Shown piece by piece: positions 1 to 12,256 of a stretch of 32,000 bases of DNA. Source of the stretch: Fastidiosibacter lacustris (GTDB lineage Bacteria > Pseudomonadota > Gammaproteobacteria > Francisellales > Francisellaceae); the NCBI RefSeq assembly GCF_003428155.1, contig NZ_QLIR01000011.1, forward strand, positions 35,396-67,395. Direction: 5' to 3'. Numbering within the stretch: the stretch's first letter is position 1; every line of letters starts with the position of its first letter. Made by a program: the position numbers and the translations under genes. Under the pieces are notes generated by a model, which was not told the DNA's origin, ran no database searches, and saw only the letters and a program-made list of their open reading frames with translations.

Positions 1-31
1 GTTATGCTTTGCCAACATTAACAATGTTTAA

Positions 32-1699
<1,668 letters not shown>

Positions 1700-1708
1700 G
1701 GTAACAGG

Positions 1709-1999
1709 TTAAATAAAAACCTGATAAGCTGTAGCATACTTAATTGGATCAAAGCTGTGATAGCTATAGCTAGCAACGTTTTCGATTACAAATGGATCTT
1801 GTTTTATGAGTTGTTTAATTTCATTTAAGTCCCCACTTGCTAAAATAACCCCTCCATTTTTGTCACTGTTTGGACCAGATGCGATAAATAGACCTGCCTC
1901 ATAACCTCGATCCAGAAATTTACGATGTTTTGGACGTATTTCATCAATAATATGGGTAGGTTGAGTGTAAGTAATTATAATAATATGAGTTTGTTTCAT
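1709..1999 (-). CDS. YciI-family small protein
   Basis: 96 aa. The pattern RPKHRKFL ... GGVILASGDLNEIKQLIKQDPF resembles the YciI-like fold family (conserved His/Arg near the N-terminus, C-terminal DPF). Convergent with pyrG, with a 9-nt gap. Confidence 0.65.
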   Translation of the reverse strand: MKQTHIIIITYTQPTHIIDEIRPKHRKFLDRGYEAGLFIASGPNSDKNGGVILASGDLNEIKQLIKQDPFVIENVASYSYHSFDPIKYATAYQVFI

Positions 2000-2245
2000 T
2001 TTGCTTGTGGGTTTATCGTCAAGGTTATATATTGTTGAGAATATACCTTAAGAAGCTGAAAAACCATGGATTTTCTCAGAATTCAATCATGCGAAAATGA
2101 ATGGATTTTATGGTAGTGTTTTTCAATAGATAGCATTACAGCGTTATCCGGTTTCTCAAGCCTATTTGTCCCTTGAGTTACCATATCGTTTAAATTGCAT
2201 ACATTTCTAGTTGCTAATGACTGTTAGGAATACGCTTCTAGTTTT

Positions 2246-5200
2246 TTAATTAACCCACTTGCGTGCATTCATAAACAAGCGCATCCATGGGGAGTATTCA
2301 AGGTCTTTATTGCGCCAATCAGCAGGATACCATGACATTTGGACGAGCCTAAATGCACGTTCAGGATGTGGCATCATAATCGTGACACGCCCATCTTGTG
2401 AGGTAAAACCTGTAAAACCACCTGCAGAACCATTGGGATTTAATGGATAATATTCAGTGGGATTGCTGTGGCTATCAATAAAACGTAAGGTTGTTTGTTT
2501 ATTGACTATCAACGAATTTAAATCATTTTGATGTTGATATTGAGTCCGTCCTTCTCCATGTGAGATGACGATTGGCATTTTTAAGCCTTGCATTTCTTGA
2601 AATATAATAGAAGGTGTTTCCAATACTTCAACCATCGAAAGCCGTGCTTCAAACTGCTCAGATAGGTTTCTAACAAACCTTGGCCAATGCTCGGCACCAG
2701 GGATAATATCTTTTAACTGCGATAGCATTTGACAGCCATTACACATCCCAACTGTGAATGTGTCGCTTCGATTAAAGAAATGTACAAACTGATCGTAGAG
2801 TTTATTATCAAATAGAATTGACTTTGCCCAACCACCACCAGCGCCTAATACATCTCCATAAGAAAAACCACCACAAGTAGCTAAGCCTTTGAATTTATTA
2901 AGGTCAAGTCGATTGTACTGTAAATCACTCATATGGACATCAATTGCATCAAAACCACTCAAAGTGAAAGCAGCAGCCATTTCATTGTGGCTGTTTATGC
3001 CTTGTTCGCGCAAAATCGCAATTTTAGGTTTGATATTTAAATTTAAATAAGGTGCAGCAATATTTTCTTTATGGCTAAAAGGTACTTGGGCAAATAGTCC
3101 ATGATCGGTTAGACCCTTAATGAGTGTGTGTTCTTGATCGGCACATTGAGCATTGTCACGCATACGCTGAATTTGGTATGAAGTTTGTGACCACAGTGCT
3201 TGTAGTTCTGCTCTTGTAGCGCAGAAAATTTCGTCAATATCGTTGTAGATAATAAATTTCGCATCCTCAACTGAAGCATTTGGTTTACCAATTCGATGTG
3301 CTTTTAATTGGAAGCTTGTTAAAAGCTGCATAACGATATCGTGATCAATGTTGCGCGTTTGAATAACTGCACCAAGTTCTTCATTGAATAAAGCCGCATG
3401 TACATCCTCGCCCAAAGCTTCAATATCAATATCAAGTCCACACTTAGCAGCAAACATCATTTCGCAGAGGGTCACAAATAACCCACCATCAGAACGATCG
3501 TGATAAGCAAGAATTTTATCGTCTTTAACAAGCTTATGAATAGCAGCAAAGAAGTTTTGCAAGTGTTTAGGTTCAATGTCAGGTGTTTGTTGTCCAAGTT
3601 CGTTGTAAACTTGTGCAAATGCGGAGCCACCTAAGCGATTTTTACCAATACCTAAGTCGATAAAAATTAAATCAGATTCAAAGGCTAAGCGCAATTGTGG
3701 TGTTAATGTGCGGCGAATATCTTGTACGGGCGCAAAGGCTGTTGCAATTAATGATACAGGAGAGACCACTATTTTATCACCCTCTTCATCCTGCCACTTG
3801 GTTTGCATCGAAAGTGAATCTTTACCAACAGGAATAGTTAAGTCTAGCTGTGGACAAAATTCCATGCCGATGGTTTTAACCATCTCATATAACCTAGCAT
3901 CTTCACCTTTATGTCCACATGCTGCCATCCAATTTGCAGAAAGCTTAACGTCAGAGAGATGATAGATGTATGCTGCTGCAATGTTTGTAATTGCTTCACC
4001 AATTGTCATTCTGGCAGCGGCAGCTGGGTTCATCATCGCAAGTATGGGGCGCTCTCCCATTGCCATAGCCTCACCGTGATAATCAGTAAAACTGGCAGCT
4101 GTAACAGCAACGTCAGCAACAGGTACCTGCCAAGGTCCCACCATTTGATCGCGCTGAGTCATGCCACCAACAGTTCTATCGCCTATAGTGATTAAGAATT
4201 TCTTACTACCAACAGCAGGTAGGCGTAAAATGCGTTTAACTGCTTCATGCAAATTAATGCTAGAATAATCCCAGTTTGTTTTGTAATTTGGAGTTGAGCA
4301 CACATTTTTAAGAGTTTTAGGTGGTTTACCTAATAAAACAGACAGTGGCATATGGATGGGGTCAACAGCAGAAGCGCTGTCTTTTAAAATTAAGATTTGT
4401 TCTTCTATTGCTTCACCAACGATGGTATAAGGACAGCGTTCACGTTTAGCAATTTTGTCAAATAAGCTTAAATCTTTCCTTTCAATGGATAATACATATC
4501 GCTCTTGTGATTCATTGCACCATATTTCAAGTGGAGATAAGCCCTTTTCAGCAACAGTAATTTTATCTAACTCAAACACTGCACCTCGTGCGCAATCTGC
4601 AACCAACTCAGGTAAAGCATTAGAAAGTCCACCAGCACCAACATCATGAATACTGATAATAGGATTATCTATACCCATTGACCAGCAGCTATCAATAACT
4701 TCTTGCACGCGACGTTCCATCTCAGCATTATCACGCTGCACAGAAGCAAAGTCTAATGCCTCATTCGAATGACCTGCATTAACAGAGGAGGCAGCTCCTC
4801 CCCCTAAACCAATCAGCATTCCAGGTCCTCCTAAGACAATGATTTTAGCACCAACTGGAATTTTGCGTTTTTCGATATGTTCCTCTTTGATGTTACCATA
4901 GCCGCCTGCGATCATGATTGGCTTGTGATAACCCCACACATCTCCATTAAAGGATTGCTCAAAGGTGCGAAAATAACCACATAGATTAGGGCGCCCAAAT
5001 TCGTTATTAAATGCAGCTCCACCTAATGGTGCTTCTATCATAATATCTAATGCTGAAGAAATATGTTTAGGTTTGCCGTAAGATTTTTCCCACGGTTGAA
5101 TATCGTTTGGTAACAGAAGATTGGACACGGTGTAACCGGTTAAACCAGCTTTGGGTTTAGCACCACGACCTGTTGCACCTTCGTCACGTATTTCACCTCC

Positions 5201-6133
5201 TGCACCTGTTGCTGCTCCTGGATAAGGTGCAATTGCCGTTGGGTGATTGTGAGTTTCAACTTTTATCTGAATATGGATAGGCTCTCGCTTAAAGTGATAT
5301 AAACCATTTTGATCTTTTTGCAGACGTTCAGCTGCGTACCCGGCAATTACTGCGGCATTATCATGATAAGCGGATAAAATATTTTCTTTGTGGTGATCAT
5401 AAGTATTTTTTATCATCGAAAATAAACCATTTGGTTTTGCTTGACCATCGATGATCCAATCTGCTTTAAAGATCTTATGTCGACAATGCTCAGAGTTAGC
5501 TTGAGCAAACATCATAAGCTCAACATCGGTTGGATTACGACCCAAATTTTCAAAGGCATGAGCTAAATAATTTATCTCGTCTTCCGAGAGTGCTAAACCA
5601 AGTCTATTATTAGTGTCATTTAATGCATTTTTACCGTGTTCTAGAAGAGGGATGATTTTGAGTATCCCTTGACCATGTGTGTTAGCAAATGGATTAATAG
5701 TATTGATGTCAAAACTAAAACTTTGCGTCATCCGATCATGTAATACAGAAGCCATTTTGTTTAAGTTTTCTTTACTTAATATAACATTGGTTTGAAGGTA
5801 ATATACAGTTCCACGTTCGACTCGTTTAAGATCAGTAAAGCCACAGTTATGGAGTATATCTGTTGCTTTGGATGACCAGGGGGAAATTGTTCCTATGCGT
5901 GGAAGGACGATCAATGAAGTCCCAGATTTATCGTTAAGCTTACCTTTATCACCATAGTCTAAAAGTGCTTCAAGTTTCTTTTGCTGTGTATCACTTAAAG
6001 TATTGGCATAATCAATAAAATGAAGATATTCAGCTTGAATATTGGTGATATTAGGTTCAATCGATTGTAATTTCTTAAGCAGTTTTTGTTGGTCAAAAGA
6101 GGATAAGGCATCGTTACCAAACATTTGTAACAT
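2246..6133 (-). CDS. purL: Phosphoribosylformylglycinamidine (FGAM) synthase, large single-chain form
   Basis: 1295 aa, the size of gammaproteobacterial large PurL. Internal AIR-synthase-like repeats ([15 protein letters not shown]). C-terminal glutaminase domain with GMCNGCQML nucleophile and MMPHPERAF. Confidence 0.95.
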   Translation of the reverse strand: MLQMFGNDALSSFDQQKLLKKLQSIEPNITNIQAEYLHFIDYANTLSDTQQKKLEALLDYGDKGKLNDKSGTSLIVLPRIGTISPWSSKATDILHNCGFTDLKRVERGTVYYLQTNVILSKENLNKMASVLHDRMTQSFSFDINTINPFANTHGQGILKIIPLLEHGKNALNDTNNRLGLALSEDEINYLAHAFENLGRNPTDVELMMFAQANSEHCRHKIFKADWIIDGQAKPNGLFSMIKNTYDHHKENILSAYHDNAAVIAGYAAERLQKDQNGLYHFKREPIHIQIKVETHNHPTAIAPYPGAATGAGGEIRDEGATGRGAKPKAGLTGYTVSNLLLPNDIQPWEKSYGKPKHISSALDIMIEAPLGGAAFNNEFGRPNLCGYFRTFEQSFNGDVWGYHKPIMIAGGYGNIKEEHIEKRKIPVGAKIIVLGGPGMLIGLGGGAASSVNAGHSNEALDFASVQRDNAEMERRVQEVIDSCWSMGIDNPIISIHDVGAGGLSNALPELVADCARGAVFELDKITVAEKGLSPLEIWCNESQERYVLSIERKDLSLFDKIAKRERCPYTIVGEAIEEQILILKDSASAVDPIHMPLSVLLGKPPKTLKNVCSTPNYKTNWDYSSINLHEAVKRILRLPAVGSKKFLITIGDRTVGGMTQRDQMVGPWQVPVADVAVTAASFTDYHGEAMAMGERPILAMMNPAAAARMTIGEAITNIAAAYIYHLSDVKLSANWMAACGHKGEDARLYEMVKTIGMEFCPQLDLTIPVGKDSLSMQTKWQDEEGDKIVVSPVSLIATAFAPVQDIRRTLTPQLRLAFESDLIFIDLGIGKNRLGGSAFAQVYNELGQQTPDIEPKHLQNFFAAIHKLVKDDKILAYHDRSDGGLFVTLCEMMFAAKCGLDIDIEALGEDVHAALFNEELGAVIQTRNIDHDIVMQLLTSFQLKAHRIGKPNASVEDAKFIIYNDIDEIFCATRAELQALWSQTSYQIQRMRDNAQCADQEHTLIKGLTDHGLFAQVPFSHKENIAAPYLNLNIKPKIAILREQGINSHNEMAAAFTLSGFDAIDVHMSDLQYNRLDLNKFKGLATCGGFSYGDVLGAGGGWAKSILFDNKLYDQFVHFFNRSDTFTVGMCNGCQMLSQLKDIIPGAEHWPRFVRNLSEQFEARLSMVEVLETPSIIFQEMQGLKMPIVISHGEGRTQYQHQNDLNSLIVNKQTTLRFIDSHSNPTEYYPLNPNGSAGGFTGFTSQDGRVTIMMPHPERAFRLVQMSWYPADWRNKDLEYSPWMRLFMNARKWVN

Positions 6134-6239
6134 CTTTGTACTCGTGGATGAAAGCTTAGCATGTCCTTATTTTGATAGATTTACCCCCAATTATAAAGTG
6201 CTAAATGCGATTATTTTTTCTTGTGATTAGAAGCTTTTG

Positions 6240-8126
6240 TTATTGTCCTTCAAACTCAGAAAGCATTTCCCAGAGCTGGTATTTTTCATTTAGCAAGGTT
6301 GTTTTTTCTTCTAGTATCTGCTGGGTTTGTTGAATGTTGACTTTATCTTGTTGGTAAAATTGGGGTTCAGACATTTGTTGTTGCAAAGATTGAATTTCAG
6401 ACTCAAGTTTTTCAATTTCATCAGGTAAGGCAGCAAGTTGTTTTGTTTGTGCATAAGAGAGCTTTTTTGGGGGATTCGCTTTATCTTTTATTGGCTGGAC
6501 TGACTTTGGTTTTGATTTTTCAAGAACTTCAGATGCAAATTGTTTTTGACGCAGCCAGTCGTCATAACCACCGATGTATTCTTCCAACTTTCCATTGCCT
6601 TGAAACACGATTGTGCTAGTAGCTATATTGTTAATAAAGCTTCGATCATGGCTAACGATAAGCACAGTACCGGTATAGTCAAGAATCAAACTTTCTAATA
6701 CTTCTAAAGTTTCAACGTCTAGGTCATTAGTTGGTTCATCAAGTACCAAAATATTACTGGGTTTGGCAAAGAGTTTAGCAAGTAATAGGCGGTTACGTTC
6801 TCCTCCTGAAAGTGAGGAAGCGGGGCTTTGCATGCGTTTTGGGTCAAATAAAAAGTTTTGAAGATAGCCTATAACGTGTACTTTTTGATTATTGATATCA
6901 AGATAATCACTACCTTCCGTTACATTATCAACTAACGATAAGTTGGGATTAATTTGATTTCGAAGCTGGTCAAAATAAGCAATTTGTAGGTTTTCACCGT
7001 GAATAATATTGCCAAAAGAGGGAGGGCGCTTTTTAAGCAAAACCTGTAGCAATGTACTTTTACCACAACCATTCGCACCAAGGATTGCAATTTTATCTCC
7101 ACGTTGTATTTCACATGAGAAATGATTAAAGATTGAGTTGTTTTGATAACTAAAACCAAGGTTTTCAGCTCGAATAACAACTTTGCTGGATTTACTACCT
7201 TGGGATGCACTTAATGATACATTACCTTGTTGTTCTCGCCTTGCACTTCTTTGTTCACGCATGATTTTAAGCGCACGAACGCGCCCTTCGTTACGTGTGC
7301 GCCTGGCTTTAATGCCTTGACGAATCCAAGCTTCTTCTTGCTTAAGTTTTTTATCAAAATTGGTATTTTGCACATCTTCAGCGTGTAAATATGCTTCTTT
7401 TTGTTCTAAGAAGCGTTCATAATTTCCTGGAAAACTAAGAACTTTACCTCGATCAAGTTCCATAATATCAGTGGCAATATTTTGTAAAAAACTACGATCG
7501 TGAGTAATAAATAAAATACTACCTTTAAATTGCAATAAAAAACGTTCAAGGAACTCTATCGATTCGATATCAAGATGGTTAGTTGGCTCATCTAATAGTA
7601 ATAAGTCAGGTGATTTTACAAGCGCCTTAGCTAGTAAAACTCGACGCTTAAGACCTCCAGATAAATCATCAAACGGAGCTTCTTTATCTAGTGATAACTT
7701 AGAGAGCACTTTTTCCACTTCAGTTTGAGCTTCCCAACCATGTGCATCGTCAATTTGTTTTTGTAAGTCGCTTAGTTTAGATAGGTTATCAGGCAAGCTT
7801 AAATCAGTTTGCAGTTGATGTTGATAACTTGTTAATATTTGACCAAGTTCCCCGAAACCCGCTAAAACAACGTCAAAGACCGTGCCTTTAGTATTTTCTG
7901 GTACCTCTTGTTCAAGCCATGCAATTTTGGTGTTATTATGAACAATTCGTTCACCACTATCAGGTAAAATTTGACCTTGTAATACTTTAAAAAGGGAGGA
8001 TTTTCCTGTGCCATTTCGTCCAATTAAACAAATACGTTTATTGGACTCGATGTCTAAAGAAATATTATCAAGGAGTTTATGGTGACCAAAGGCAAGGTCG
8101 GCATTGCGTAAAGAGATAATAGCCAT
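6240..8126 (-). CDS. uup: ABC-F family ATPase (Uup-like), no membrane domain
   Basis: 628 aa with two ABC cassettes. Walker A motifs GRNGTGKSS and GANGCGKST. Signatures LSGGLKRR and LSGGERNR. Walker B motifs LLLDEPTNHLD and LVLDEPTNDLD. Charged inter-domain linker and C-terminal coiled-coil tail (EIEKLESEIQSLQQQ) as in Uup. Confidence 0.85.
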   Translation of the reverse strand: MAIISLRNADLAFGHHKLLDNISLDIESNKRICLIGRNGTGKSSLFKVLQGQILPDSGERIVHNNTKIAWLEQEVPENTKGTVFDVVLAGFGELGQILTSYQHQLQTDLSLPDNLSKLSDLQKQIDDAHGWEAQTEVEKVLSKLSLDKEAPFDDLSGGLKRRVLLAKALVKSPDLLLLDEPTNHLDIESIEFLERFLLQFKGSILFITHDRSFLQNIATDIMELDRGKVLSFPGNYERFLEQKEAYLHAEDVQNTNFDKKLKQEEAWIRQGIKARRTRNEGRVRALKIMREQRSARREQQGNVSLSASQGSKSSKVVIRAENLGFSYQNNSIFNHFSCEIQRGDKIAILGANGCGKSTLLQVLLKKRPPSFGNIIHGENLQIAYFDQLRNQINPNLSLVDNVTEGSDYLDINNQKVHVIGYLQNFLFDPKRMQSPASSLSGGERNRLLLAKLFAKPSNILVLDEPTNDLDVETLEVLESLILDYTGTVLIVSHDRSFINNIATSTIVFQGNGKLEEYIGGYDDWLRQKQFASEVLEKSKPKSVQPIKDKANPPKKLSYAQTKQLAALPDEIEKLESEIQSLQQQMSEPQFYQQDKVNIQQTQQILEEKTTLLNEKYQLWEMLSEFEGQ

Positions 8127-8136
8127 AATGATAAGG

Positions 8137-8727
8137 TTAGATGATTTTATTTAATTCGGCTAAACTGCGTGAACCGAAGTCATGACCAATGCTGGCCCCT
8201 AAGCGTTTAGCAATAAAGCTGGCTGAAATGATTCCACGAATAACAGCGTTACCATGTTTATCATATTCTTGAATAAGCAAATGATCAATTTGCTGATCGT
8301 GCATTAAACGTGCAAGATGTCCAACACGTGCATCTTTTAATACATCGTATTCTAGAACAGGTAGCGCATTGATTTTGGTCATAAGCATTCCACTCGTCAT
8401 TTCTTTAAAGTGAACACCTTCTCGCTGTGCAACTTGTGTTCTATATACACCATGCAAGCGTTTTGCATTGATAAGACCAATGATTTGGTCATCATTATTA
8501 ACAACTAGTAAAGAATGTACTTCAACTTTTTGCATCTTTTGTAAGGCATCGTCAATTAAAGCTTTTACATGGATAGTGTATGGCTTTACGATATGAAAAT
8601 CAGAAAATACGTCTAAAGCTCGTGTTTCAAGCGATATCACATCCATGCTTTCAGGGTGATAATAAGGAATACTTTTTTGTACTGTGTGAGTAATAGTTTC
8701 CAGTAGTTTATAATCTTTAAATGGCAT
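8137..8727 (-). CDS. Stand-alone CBS-pair domain protein
   Basis: Tandem CBS-like segments (HSLLVVNNDDQIIGLINAKRL; IDHLLIQEYDKHGNAVIRGIISASFI). I moved the start to ATG 8727 (MPFKDYK), which follows AAGGACGAG. The ORF-track start at 8796 adds 23 implausible residues. Confidence 0.6.
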   Translation of the reverse strand: MPFKDYKLLETITHTVQKSIPYYHPESMDVISLETRALDVFSDFHIVKPYTIHVKALIDDALQKMQKVEVHSLLVVNNDDQIIGLINAKRLHGVYRTQVAQREGVHFKEMTSGMLMTKINALPVLEYDVLKDARVGHLARLMHDQQIDHLLIQEYDKHGNAVIRGIISASFIAKRLGASIGHDFGSRSLAELNKII

Positions 8728-8979
8728 AAATACTCGTCCTTTAATCTTTAGTGATAAGTCGCACATAAGTCTAATCAGGATTGCGCTACATTGCAAACCT
8801 TGTGAGATGTAAAGTTAACATATGTCTATCAGCTTGCTTGTAAAAACTTTGTAGCGTCAACCAAAATAATAGCCAATTGCCGGCAACAGTATTTTAGTCT
8901 GTTTATTATCTGAGTTTTCTTATGCTTGAAAATATGCTTAAATCAAGCAGCTGTTTGATTATAAATGGAGTTAAATAAC

Positions 8980-10359
8980 ATGGGAATACGTATAGAAACT
9001 GATAGTATAGGTGAGATTGAGGTCAATAGTAACAAGTATTGGGGTGCGCAAACAGAGCGCTCATTGATACATTTTTCAATTGGGAACGATTTAATTCCAC
9101 AGGAAGTCATCAAGGCGATGGCAATATTGAAAAAAGCATCTGCTTTAGCAAATTTTGAGTTAGGGCTTTTAAAAAAAAAATACAAGGATTTAATTGCTCA
9201 AGCAGCTGATGAAGTTATAGATGGCAAGCATGATGATCAATTCCCCTTACATGTGTGGATGACTGGCAGTGGCACACAATCAAATATGAATGTTAATGAA
9301 GTAATTTCAAATCGTGCTATTGAATTAGCAGGTGGGATATTAGGTAGTAAAGATCCTATTCACCCTAACGATCATGTCAACATGTCTCAATCATCAAACG
9401 ATACTTTCCCAACAGCTATGTATATTGCAACAGCAATCAGCGTAAAAAAGAAACTTGTTCCCGCTTTGCAAACGATATATACGGAAATGAATAGTAAAGT
9501 TAAAGAATGGGAAAAAATTGTAAAGATTGGGCGCACTCATATGCAAGATGCAGTGCCTTTAACGTTAGGGCAAGAGTTTTCAGGATATGCTGAGTTATTA
9601 AAGCAAGATATTAGCCGTTTAGAAGCAGCATTAACAGATGTTTATCAACTTGCAATTGGAGGGACAGCAGTTGGGACGGGATTAAATGCACCAAAAGAAT
9701 TTGCACAAAAAGCATGTAAGCATATTGCGAAAATTACGGGATTGCCTTTTATTTCTGCTGAAAATAAGTTCGCAGTACAAGGCTCACACGATGCTTTAGT
9801 AGCAATGATGGCACAAATTAAAGTGTTAGCAAATTCATTATTTAAAATAGCCAATGATATCCGACTGTTAAGCTGTGGACCTCGCGCTGGTTTCCATGAA
9901 CTTTTGTTGCCTGAAAATGAACCTGGTTCTTCTATTATGCCTGGCAAAGTTAACCCTACTCAATGTGAAGCGATGACGATGGCATGTGTGCAGGTTTTTG
10001 GTTATGATCTGGCAGTAACCATTGCAGGCAGTGCGGGTTACTTGGAAATGAACGTTTATAAGCCGCTCATTATCTATAATATTTTGCAATCTATAAATAT
10101 GTTATCGGATAGCTGCATTAATTTTACACGTTTTACGTTAGCGGGCACAAAACCTAATAAAAAGAAAATTGAAGAGTATTTACATAATTCGTTGATGCTT
10201 GTGACAGCATTAAGTCCCGTGATTGGGTATGATAAAGCATCAAAAATAGCGCATTATGCCGATAAACATAACCTATCCTTAAGTGAAGCAAATAAGGCTT
10301 TAGGTTTTTTGCCTGAAGATGAGTTTAATCAGGTGGTCGATCCTTATAAAATGGTTTAA
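8980..10359 (+). CDS. fumC: Fumarate hydratase, class II
   Basis: Class-II fumarase/aspartase signature [16 protein letters not shown], plus [10 protein letters not shown] and [10 protein letters not shown]. Start placed at ATG 8980, 9 nt after GGAG (8967-8970). ATG 8965 is the alternative. Confidence 0.9.
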   Translation: MGIRIETDSIGEIEVNSNKYWGAQTERSLIHFSIGNDLIPQEVIKAMAILKKASALANFELGLLKKKYKDLIAQAADEVIDGKHDDQFPLHVWMTGSGTQSNMNVNEVISNRAIELAGGILGSKDPIHPNDHVNMSQSSNDTFPTAMYIATAISVKKKLVPALQTIYTEMNSKVKEWEKIVKIGRTHMQDAVPLTLGQEFSGYAELLKQDISRLEAALTDVYQLAIGGTAVGTGLNAPKEFAQKACKHIAKITGLPFISAENKFAVQGSHDALVAMMAQIKVLANSLFKIANDIRLLSCGPRAGFHELLLPENEPGSSIMPGKVNPTQCEAMTMACVQVFGYDLAVTIAGSAGYLEMNVYKPLIIYNILQSINMLSDSCINFTRFTLAGTKPNKKKIEEYLHNSLMLVTALSPVIGYDKASKIAHYADKHNLSLSEANKALGFLPEDEFNQVVDPYKMV

Positions 10360-10393
10360 CAATGGATGGTTCTAAGAGTTTGTCGCACAACCC

Positions 10394-11803
10394 TTAGAAG
10401 TTATCATAAAAGATTTTAATCACTTCGTTTTGGAAAATACGTGATTTCACACGTTGACTTTGGGTTAGGTTGTTAAGCATGATTGAAAAGCTAACCAGGT
10501 GATTTTTTTTGGTTAACAGATAACCTGATAGAGTAGACACCCCCGCAAGCGTACCAGTTTTAGCATGGACCTTGCCTTGGAGTTTCCCCACCATTCGATA
10601 AGCAAGTGAACCATCTTCACCTGAGCTAGGCAGTGCATTAAAAAACCGTTTACCAATTATGCTATTGTAAACTTTCGTGAGTAACTCCACCATAAAAATA
10701 GGGGTGACAATATCTAAGTGAGAAAGCCCTGAACCATCTTCCATGTGTAGCTCACCTATATTAACGCCATAGCTTTTTTGAATGATGGATTTGATTGCTT
10801 TGGTTGCACCTTCTGTTGTGCCACTGCCTAACAAGGTGTAACCAACTGTGCGTGCAAAGCTCTCAGCATATAGATTATCGGATTTTAGTAGCATGTGACT
10901 AATCATATCATCGATTGATGCGGAGGTTAGTTTAACAAGCATGGTGAGTGGAGTTTTTATTGGTAGATTACCAAAGGTCACATTTCCTGAATAATGGATG
11001 CCAACTTCACGCAAAAAATCTTTAATGGTGTGTTGCGTTTTAAGTGCTGGATTTGCAACTGCAAGGTTCAAATAAAACTCGGCTTTTTGTGGTAGACACC
11101 CAGATAGGTTAAGCACATTATGATTGGTCATTTGGATATCAAAGGTACAGTTTTTACGCTCACTTGGTGGAGCAAGTCTTGTTGTATTATTGATTGTAAT
11201 ATTACGGGTATTGGAAACCTCTTTAACAGTTGTTTTGTTGCCAGTTGTATTAATAAGCTTGATCACAAAGCAGTTTTTATTCACATTTAGACTTGAAGCA
11301 GGTGCTGCAAAACAGTAAGGAGTATCGCTTTTTGACCAGCCATTTGGAACGTAATCACCTGAGAAGTGATTGGCGATAATAACTGCATCGCCATTTATTT
11401 TTTGTATCCCACGTTGTTTGATCTGTGAGATAAGGTTGTAAAGTTCTGAACCTGTTAAGCTTGGATCACCTGTAAACTCAAGGTAAAGATTGCCATTTAA
11501 GGTACCATTGCTAAATTGTGACTTGTCATATAAGACCGAAGTTGTAAATTGGAAGTTTTTTGGCAAGGCTGTTAATGCAGCAATGACCGTGAAGATTTTA
11601 TTGTTACTTGCCGGAATAAACGGGAGATTTTCAGCGTATTTATAAAGCACTTGTCCAGAGCTCACACGTTGAGCAGCAATACCTATAGAGGCGTCGGATA
11701 AATGATATGTTTTAACCAAAGATTGAATTTCACTTTGTACAGAGCCCATCGTTAGCGTAACGTTGCCAATAGTAAAAAATAAAAATAATGTTAATTTTTT
11801 CAC
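10394..11803 (-). CDS. dacB: D-alanyl-D-alanine carboxypeptidase/endopeptidase, PBP4 (peptidase S13)
   Basis: 469 aa with a signal-peptide-like N-terminus (MKKLTLFLFFTIGNVTLTMG). Penicillin-binding motifs in the right order and spacing: ASNNK (SxxK), KSDN (SxN), AKTGTL (KTG). Confidence 0.85.
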   Translation of the reverse strand: MKKLTLFLFFTIGNVTLTMGSVQSEIQSLVKTYHLSDASIGIAAQRVSSGQVLYKYAENLPFIPASNNKIFTVIAALTALPKNFQFTTSVLYDKSQFSNGTLNGNLYLEFTGDPSLTGSELYNLISQIKQRGIQKINGDAVIIANHFSGDYVPNGWSKSDTPYCFAAPASSLNVNKNCFVIKLINTTGNKTTVKEVSNTRNITINNTTRLAPPSERKNCTFDIQMTNHNVLNLSGCLPQKAEFYLNLAVANPALKTQHTIKDFLREVGIHYSGNVTFGNLPIKTPLTMLVKLTSASIDDMISHMLLKSDNLYAESFARTVGYTLLGSGTTEGATKAIKSIIQKSYGVNIGELHMEDGSGLSHLDIVTPIFMVELLTKVYNSIIGKRFFNALPSSGEDGSLAYRMVGKLQGKVHAKTGTLAGVSTLSGYLLTKKNHLVSFSIMLNNLTQSQRVKSRIFQNEVIKIFYDNF

Positions 11804-11893
11804 AATTATGGATCAGTTTAGACTATCGAATTTGCAGAATGTTGTTGATAATAGCAAGATTTTAAAAACCTTGTCACGTGTGATCTAGCGATT

Positions 11894-12256
11894 ATGTATA
11901 AACTTAAATTAAATGGTATAGCTTTAAATACTTATCTTGGTGTTTATGATTTTGAACAACAACAGATGCAAACCGTTCTAGTTGATGTAATTGTAGAGTT
12001 TAAAAATATTCCCAAAGCCTGCATAAGTGACGCACTTGAAGATACTTTTTGTTACGCGCAAATAAACGAAGTGTTAATGAGAACGGCCGCATCAAAACGT
12101 TATCAACTTATTGAGCATTTAGCGCAGTCTTTGCTAGATGCTTTGGTTTTACACCTTAATCATCCATTAAACGTCTATCTTGAGTTACATAAAACCCCAC
12201 CTCTAGAGAATGTAGTAAATGCAAGTTTTTGTGTGGAGTATATATGCCAAAAGTAG
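11894..12256 (+). CDS. folB: Dihydroneopterin aldolase
   Basis: 120 aa. LGVYDFEQQQ ... VLVDV ... CYAQI matches the FolB core as I recall it for E. coli FolB (GVYDWEQ ... SYADI). Sits directly upstream of folK-folP and overlaps it. Confidence 0.75.
   Translation: MYKLKLNGIALNTYLGVYDFEQQQMQTVLVDVIVEFKNIPKACISDALEDTFCYAQINEVLMRTAASKRYQLIEHLAQSLLDALVLHLNHPLNVYLELHKTPPLENVVNASFCVEYICQK

Noticed and set aside
1704-1723. 6-bp hairpin (CAGGTT-aaataaa-AACCTG) between the convergent pyrG and yciI-like genes as a bidirectional terminator
   Set aside because: The stem is short and AT-rich, overlaps the yciI-like stop codon and coding end, and has no clear U-tract. The evidence is too weak to report as a feature.
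2259-6230. Several 60-94-aa ORFs on both strands within purL (2259-2450, 3109-3291, 3708-3962, 3911-4195, 4455-4649, 6042-6230)
   Set aside because: All are nested in or antisense to a full-length, strongly conserved purL. Their composition is Cys/Ser-rich and typical of off-frame translation.
9171-9180. A10 homopolymer inside fumC as a possible slipped-strand phase-variation switch
   Set aside because: It is in frame (encodes L-KKK-Y) in a housekeeping gene. Similar A/T runs of 8 occur in dacB (10503-10510) and the HyfB-like gene (27388-27395), consistent with AT-rich composition rather than a contingency locus.
12229-12243. N-terminal extensions offered by the ORF track (folKP TTG 12229, ABC ATPase 13603, pheS 18656, CBS protein 8796, fumC 8965)
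   Set aside because: Downstream ATGs give N-termini that align with known family starts and, where visible, sit behind better Shine-Dalgarno sequences. The extensions are non-homologous.
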